Part shown: positions 56,871 through 64,000 of the stretch, piece after piece
Position numbering within the stretch: position 1 is the first letter of the stretch
How the letters are laid out: each line of letters opens with the position of its first letter
NCBI RefSeq assembly: GCF_009914755.1
Contig: NC_060932.1
Direction: 5' to 3' (one strand)
DNA from: the human T2T-CHM13v2.0 reference genome, Homo sapiens
DNA: 64,000 nucleotides
Notes under the pieces: model-generated
The model's database searches: none
What the model saw: only the letters and a program-made list of their open reading frames with translations
Told to the model about the DNA's origin: nothing
Translations under genes and position numbers: made by a program

Positions 56871-57766
56871 TGAATACATTCATTCAGCAATGATTTATTG
56901 GGTGTCTACTAAGTGCTTGGTGTTGTGTGGAAAACAAGGATGAAGGTGTGGCCCCTGCTTTCGAGCAGCTTACAAAAGTGACATGTGTTCCTCCTAGACC
57001 ACAAAGTAGAAAGCATTTGGTGCTGCAAAGTAAAAGAGACAGGAAAGGTCGGCACATGTATGATGAAGGGGAAGAGTGGGCTTGTGGAGAAGCACAAGGA
57101 ATGATAAGGTAGGGAAGATATTTCAGTGCCAGTCTGTAGTAGGTCCTTAGTGCCAGGCCAAGAAGATTGGAAGTTATGTGAGGGGATGAGGAAATGAAAG
57201 ATTTTGCAGCCAAAAAAAAAAAAAAAAAAGATGGTCAGTGTTTTAGGAAGATTTCTTTGGAAGCAGTCTGTTGGACAAATTGGAGTGGGGAGACACACAC
57301 ACAGAGGCTTATACTTGGCATCATTTCAAAGATTGATGTTCTTGTTCCTCATCTTCATTCTATAAGTGGAGAAAGTGAAGCTGAAGGTTTAAATGATGTC
57401 CCTAAAGACACAGAGCTGACAGGGGTATGCAGAAGCAGAATCCAGGATGGTGCTTCTGGGTCCAGTGGGTGATAAACCAATGGCAATTAGACCTTGCACA
57501 GTTGTTGGAGTTTAGAAAAACATTTCTGGAGGGACTTAAGGAAACCAGTTAAGAGATCATTTCCACAGGCAAAGTAAAAAATATTGAGCACTGAAAGTGG
57601 AAAGAGGGTCAGCTGGGGGAGAAACTGCTCTGATGCTGTGGGTTGAGAGGGAAGGAAGCAAGGCAAAGAGGACTTGGAGACAGAAGGACAGCAGTGGGAT
57701 GAATGACCATGGGGAATACAAGGATGAAAAAGCAACTTGGAGGAGTACCATTTTGAGTGGGGCCAA

Positions 57767-58063
<297 letters not shown>

Positions 58064-58399
58064 AACAGAGATTCTAGTGGGGCCCATTTTAACAGAAGGG
58101 GCACTGGAAATGAATGTGTCCAGAAGAAGGTAACTGGAAAGCAAATTGCAGGAATGAGAGAAGGAACTGCTTAGTCTGGGAAAGCCTAAGTTATTTGCAG
58201 AATTGAATTGAAAAGATTTCCGGGGAGAACAGATAGCTAGCATCCTACATCTGTAGAGCTTTTACAGAACAATGTTAAGTTGCCTCCTAACGAGCTTTAG
58301 CATGGCACCAGTGGAAGGCACTGTTAGATGGCAGCAATGCAGAGTTGTGGAAAGGCCAAGGGGCAGAAGATTTGAGGCAGATCAGCTCCTATCTGTGAA

Positions 58400-58590
58400 G
58401 CAGTATAGTGGGAGGAGCACAGACTTTGGAGTCACACAGACCTGGGTTCTAGTCCCAGCCTACCTCTACCAGCTATGTGACCTTGGGGAAGTTGCTGAAC
58501 CTCTTTGTGCCTCAGTTTCCATATGTACAAAATAAAGAGGCTAGATTGGAAGACTTCCAAGATCTTGTCTAGCTATAAAATTCCTTGGTT
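58400..58590 (+). mobile_element. MIR SINE
   Basis: 'cagactttggagtcacacagacctgggttc...tgtgaccttggggaagttgctgaacctctttgtgcctcagtttcc'. Confidence 0.8.
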
Positions 58591-60754
58591 CTAAAAAGGT
58601 GGCTTATGTGCATAAAATAAATAGATGGAAATACAGTATTATCTTCTTTGGATTTTGCTCTCAAATCTGTACTAATATTGGTTATCAAGTATGCACAGCC
58701 AGCCTGCTTCTGTTGCACTGCATGATGGCATGTAATGATGGAACAGAGCTGACATGTTCACAAAAGCACTTTTCTCTGTGGGTAGGAGTGGAAAATAGTT
58801 CCATTTAGCTGATATCACTAATTTTTAAAGAAAACCATATGAGCTAAAGAGAACTGAAGATGAATGTGGGAGCTATGAGTCAACCACTGAATCTCAGCTG
58901 CATTAATTTTACATTATAAATGACACAGTTTTAAAGTTTCTTAGATTTTATAATAGTTGAAATTTTTCTTTAAAAGAGTACACCCTATACATGCCGATAC
59001 ACGTTAAAAAGATTGAACATTTCTTCCCATTCTAAAGCATCTTGAAAACAATGACTGTGCTGTTAGCGATTTTTAATATAAAATACATTTCCTAGCAGTG
59101 TTATAAACCGCTAACAGCACTTTTTGTGAAAATTGGCTACTTCATACAAAAAAAACCTCACAGTTTTTGTTATCTTTGTAGGATTTTCTTCCCCCTTTTT
59201 GAATTGTTTTATAATGGATAATGTTGCTTAAAAACATCCAGCATTTCCATGAGAAATGAAATATTCAGAAGACTTCTGGATAAGTGATATTTATACATAG
59301 TTCCTTTAATCTTAAATACCTAACTCTTAAATAGCATATAAGAGAAATTGTTTTCCTTTACCGTCGTAGATTAAAAGTGGCATCACAAATTTTCAGGTAG
59401 GAAACTAAAATATAAGACCTAGAGATTATATAAGAAAGATCCACACTGGCCATCCTTACCTCAAAGCAAACTAAGACCCAGAGGCAGAGAAGAATTTCAA
59501 AGCCTGACTTAGAGGATTGTGGAAAATAATTATATCAAATCAAAGTTTAGGACAATCTTGGACCATGGAAAGAAGAAAAGAACATTTAGCACATTGTTAA
59601 AAATAGATACTCATTCTCTTTTAACCATAGACAGTTCTTTAACATCTTACATTAGCAACACAGACAGACTGGATCCAGTTTCAGTTCATTCTGTCACTTA
59701 ACCATTCCACGACTCAATTTTTTCATCACCAAAATGGGGGCGATATTATTTCCTAGCAGGCTAAGTGTGCAGCTGACATGTGACGATGTGTGTGCAGTCC
59801 TTTGTAAATTATACAGCACTTCAAACACAGAGGTCTGCTGTTATGGGTCAAGACTGTCAGGAGAGCTCATGGTTAATGCGAATGACCCGGAAACGACTCG
59901 TAGCTGTTTAACACACATGTTTTTGGTATCAAAACTGCAAGCGGGATTGAGTTTGAAAGAGCATTATTAAGAGAAAACAATCTGCTCTGCAGATTCCAAC
60001 TGTGATGTGGTGCCTGTTTCTTGGCACAGACCTCCCACTTAAACTAATTAAAGTTCCACACAGGTAGAAAATGAATGCTTGACTTGAGATCTGCCATGTG
60101 GACCTAAAAGATGGAATTGTCTATGGCTCTTTTATTTCGGTTAAAAGAAAGCAGCATTTGCTTTGTTTAAAAAAGAAAATGGGGGGAGGGGAATGTATGT
60201 GGGTTTGTTTAAATGCTGAAGAAAACTGTTCTAAGCAGCTGGATGAATAAAAGGGAGGAGCACTAAAGAAAGAATGCGCTAAATCTAAAGATACAAGAAC
60301 AACACCCAGGAATTGATTGAAAATGCTTTGGTGACAAGTGAGGCATGTAATGACAAGAAAGCAGCATGTGTGCATATTGAGGAGTGCATGTGGAAAACAG
60401 GTTTCTCCTTTTAATTAGCTTTGCCGCTGGGAGGACCTTCTCTCTCCACTTTCTGTCCAGCTCTTCCATCCCAGAATTCCACTCTGGGTTCTTGTGATGT
60501 GCTAACGAGGCTGCAGGGCAGCTCTGATTGAGTGGGCCAATAATACTGGCTCAAGGCCACCTAGAGAAGTGTTCTCCCCAGCCTGACAGATGCCCTTTAA
60601 AGAAAAACCTGGAAGAGCACCAGCCTTTTTGATGGTGGCTTAGATACTTGAAGCCCGATGTCATTCTTTGGGTGAGATAATGATTCTTTCCTGCCTGGCC
60701 CACCTATAGCCCCTTCTGAAATTTAAAATTTTTCAGGAATATGTTGGAAAGTCT

Positions 60755-60857
60755 ACTAGTTTTTCTCCAATGTCTGCCCTCCTTCTTTATTGATAGAATC
60801 TCAGTTTTTACTGATTGTACAAAATAAAGACATTTCCCAGCCTTCCTTGCAGCTGGA

Positions 60858-60897
<40 letters not shown>

Positions 60898-61160
60898 AAG
60901 GGGAAGTGCTGGGTGCAGCCTCTGGGGTGGGGTTATTCCTATCCTCCTCTTTCCTGCCTGGACCATGCAGATGAGGGCCATCCCCTAGAGATAATGAAGC
61001 AATAAGATGGGAGATACCTGGCAGTCCTTGACACCATGGACCCGCCATACTAGTCTTTGGCTGCAAACTCTCACGCTGTCATGGAAGATAAATAAACCTC
61101 AATACTGCTTAAGCCATTGAAACTTTAGGTCTCTGTTGCACACAGATGAACCCATAGTCC
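60755..61160 (+). mobile_element. MLT1J-like LTR containing a (TG)n tract at 60859-60893
   Basis: 'gacatttcccagccttccttgcagctgg', 'aaataaacctcaatactgcttaagcca'. Confidence 0.6.
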
Positions 61161-61769
61161 AACAAATGTATCTTCTTGACTAAATCTTACCTTCTTACTC
61201 TGATGATTTATATTCAGAGAATAAATTTAACTTTGTCTATATCTGGGGTAAAAAAGAACAGCTCTTCAATAAATCTGCTTCTCTCCAAAAATATTCCAGA
61301 AAATTCATGTGATTGGAAAACTGGGCTACTTAGTAGAAGTAAAAAAAAAATTTTTTTTTTCAGGGGATTCTTTGGGAAGCAAAGATCTCCAAAATTCAGT
61401 CTCCGTTATGTCTGCAGAATGCACTTAGTACATGTTTGGTCAATTCAACGTTCGTTGGTGAAATTGGCCAGCAAAGCTTGCAGAAACAGAGAATGTGAAT
61501 GCACAGTGCATGACGGTGGGCTGAGCTTTGGACATCAACAGGGGAATAAAAATCAGTTCAGCTCTTGCTAAAATAGTTTTCCATTGTCTGAATCAGAACT
61601 GAGCACAAATGAGTCACCAAAGTTAAAGCTGAAAAACAACTAAGTTGGACTAAGAGTCCAATAAGCCAAAGCCAAGTCTGTTATATATTATTTTATGGAA
61701 TTATGGGGATAAAGAGGCTTTAGAAAAGAGTAATGTGGAAGAATCTATGTTGGGCTTGTGTGTATATCT

Positions 61770-63089
61770 CAAGAAGTTTTCAAAAGTTCATGGAAAATAT
61801 ATATTATGAGAAAACTATGCATGTATTCAAATTTTTTTTTTTTTTTTGCCAGATAAACTCATACTAACTTTTTATAACATGTCTGAACAGAATCTAGTGT
61901 GAGGCTCCCAGAAGGGTAAGACATCAGCTTGAAAACAGCCCCTGTGAGAGGAACATGAATTTTGCTAAAATTGAAGCAAGAACAAATGTGTCAAGTTTAC
62001 GGTGACACTTGAGTGAAAGAATGGTGAAACCACTGATGCTTTATGAAAACTTTAGGAGTATAATGTCCCAAAGAAATCAGCAATTTACAAATGGGTAACT
62101 CGTTTTAAGAAGGGATGAGATGATGTTGAAGATGAAGCCCATAGTGGCAAGCCATCCACATCAATTTGTGAGGAAAAAATTCATCTTTTTCATGCCCTAG
62201 TTAAAGAGGACTGATAATTAACAGCAGAAACAATAGTCAACACCACAGACAACTCAATTGATTCAGCTTACACAATTCTGACTGAAAAAATCAAAGTTGA
62301 GCAAACTTTCCCACAATGTATGCCAAAACCATTGCTTCTAGATCATCTGCAGACAAAAGCAGAGCTTTCAATGAAAATTGGAAACAAGTAACATCAAGAT
62401 CCTGAAGCATTTCTTTGAAGTAACAAGAGATGAAATATGGCTTTACCAGTACAATCCTGAAGACAAAGCACAATCAAAGCAATGGCTACCAAGAGGTGTT
62501 AAGTGCTCCAGTCAAAGCAAAAGTATACTAGTCAAGAGCTAAGGTCATGGCAACAGTTTTTTGGGATGGTCAAGGCATTTTGCTTGTTGATTTTCCGTAG
62601 GGCCAACGAATGATAACATCTGCTTATTATGAGAGTGTTTTGAAAACATTAGCCAAAGACTTAGCAGAAAAACACCCAGGAAACCTTCACCTGAGAATCC
62701 TCCTCCACCATGACAATGCTCCTGTTCATTCCTCTCATCAAACAAGAGCAATTTTATGAGAGTTTTCATGTTAGGCATCCACCTTACAGTCCTGATTTGG
62801 CACCTTCTGACTTCTTTTTATTTCTTATCTTAACAAATCTTTACAGGGCACCCATTTTTCTTCAGTAATAATGCAAAAAAAAAAAAAAAAGAAAGAAAAA
62901 GAAAGAAATGGTTGCACTGACATTGTTAAATTCCCAGGTCCCTCAGTTCTTTAGGGATGGACTAAATGATGGCTAGTATCATTGCTCACAAGAGTGTCTT
63001 GAACTTGATGGAGCTTATGTTGAGAAATTTTTATTTCGTATTTTTATCTTTTATTTCAATTTTTCTACAAACTTTTTGAAGTCCCCTGT
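61770..63089 (+). mobile_element. HSMAR2 mariner DNA transposon, near full length, transposase pseudogenised (~61955-63027)
   Basis: Left TIR-like 'ttcaaaagttcatggaaaat', right TIR 'actttttgaagtcccctg'; translated fragments MNFAKIEARTN, VTRDEIWLYQYNPEDKAQSKQWLPR, LLHHDNAPVHSSHQTRAIL, RHPPYSPDLAPSDFFLF and ELDGAYVEK, with stops and frameshifts. Confidence 0.93.
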
Positions 63090-63898
63090 GTGTATGTATA
63101 TGTACATTCCTGAGCTGGAGTATAACATTACTTTGGACAAAATTCTTTACATTAAAATTCACTTCTAGAATAAAGAGGTTCACAACTATAGGTTTCAAAG
63201 AATATCAGAACAAGAAAGAGAACAAGAGATCTCTCTCCAGGTTAAACATCATTCCACTATCGATGAGGTTTGAATGTAGTTGCTCAAGCAGCTGTATATT
63301 CACCTAAACAGAGTAACAACCCAGTCTACATTTCTCCACCATATCCATCATATAATGTGAGGATTTCGGAGTGATTTTGTCAGATGTAGGGTTAAACTCC
63401 ATTGCCAGCACCCCTCAATGTACCCAAACAGGAATAGTCTACTTTTCCTGATTCCTTTTTAAAGTCTCACAAATTATCTTTTTAATTAAGCATTCTATAA
63501 TTTTTTCCCAGGAAACAGCTTCGATTTTATCAGCTGGTATTTATTGTCCATGAGTCACCTTTTGGACTACTGGGTTGACATTTCCTCAATTCCTGTCTTT
63601 TGGCCACTCTCATTTATCATAAGCTTTAAGAACTTATGGCTACGCAATTTTATCTGCATATCTTTTCAGTGCCCCAAAAGCAAATTTTTAGGGCCTAGAG
63701 ATATATTTTGTATAGCTACTATATTGTGTTCTCTTTTAACCATGTTTGTTTCATGCCTTCTAATTTTGAGAAATGAGAACACTATCTTTCATGAAGAAGA
63801 AATGGAAAGTAGGGGTTATTTGTTGATGTGAAAGGATAAGAGGTATCACATGGAATAGAACCTTTTAAAAGTGTTACGCTTTTCTAAAGTTTAAACAG

Positions 63899-64000
63899 CA
63901 GTAGTTCTCAACCCTGGCCACACATCAGAACCACCTGGAAAGCTTAAAACAAGACAAAAACAAACAAGCAAACAATCATGCCTGATCCCCACTCCAGAGT
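63899..64000 (+). mobile_element. MER5-family element, cut by the window edge
   Basis: 'cagtagttctcaaccctggccacacatcagaaccacctgg'. Confidence 0.65.

Noticed and set aside
61955-63027. Active or domesticated mariner transposase CDS
   Set aside because: Multiple stops and frameshifts; no long + strand ORF in the track

Overview
This is primate (most likely human or other ape) nuclear genomic DNA, judged from AluJ/S/Y, LTR7B, HSMAR2 and 7SK-derived sequence. I cannot name the locus. I find no credible protein-coding exon; the ORF track is dominated by Alu, microsatellite and GC-rich artefacts. A large part of the window is interspersed repeat: about 24 Alus, many MIR/L2, MaLR and ERV1 LTRs, and hAT, Tigger and mariner elements. 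The main non-routine structure is: (1) a CpG island at ~14.1-14.7 kb with a strong + strand splice donor and plausible downstream exons (candidate spliced lncRNA), near CTCF, NF-Y and AP-1/ARE motifs; (2) a tailless, 3'-truncated 7SK retropseudogene with target-site duplication (TSD), inside an unexplained, coding-looking 1.9 kb segment; (3) a multi-layer nested transposon stack (MLT1 > MER21 > [Alu > Alu] + [MER4A > LTR7B]) with readable TSDs; (4) a complete minus-strand polyadenylation cassette at ~54.5 kb, implying a convergent transcript entering from the right; (5) a near full-length degenerate HSMAR2 mariner; (6) an unexplained exact 23-bp direct repeat. Repeat family names come from recalled consensus sequences, not a RepeatMasker run, and boundaries of old repeats are approximate. 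I see no evidence of a wholly new biological system; the findings are testable candidates.
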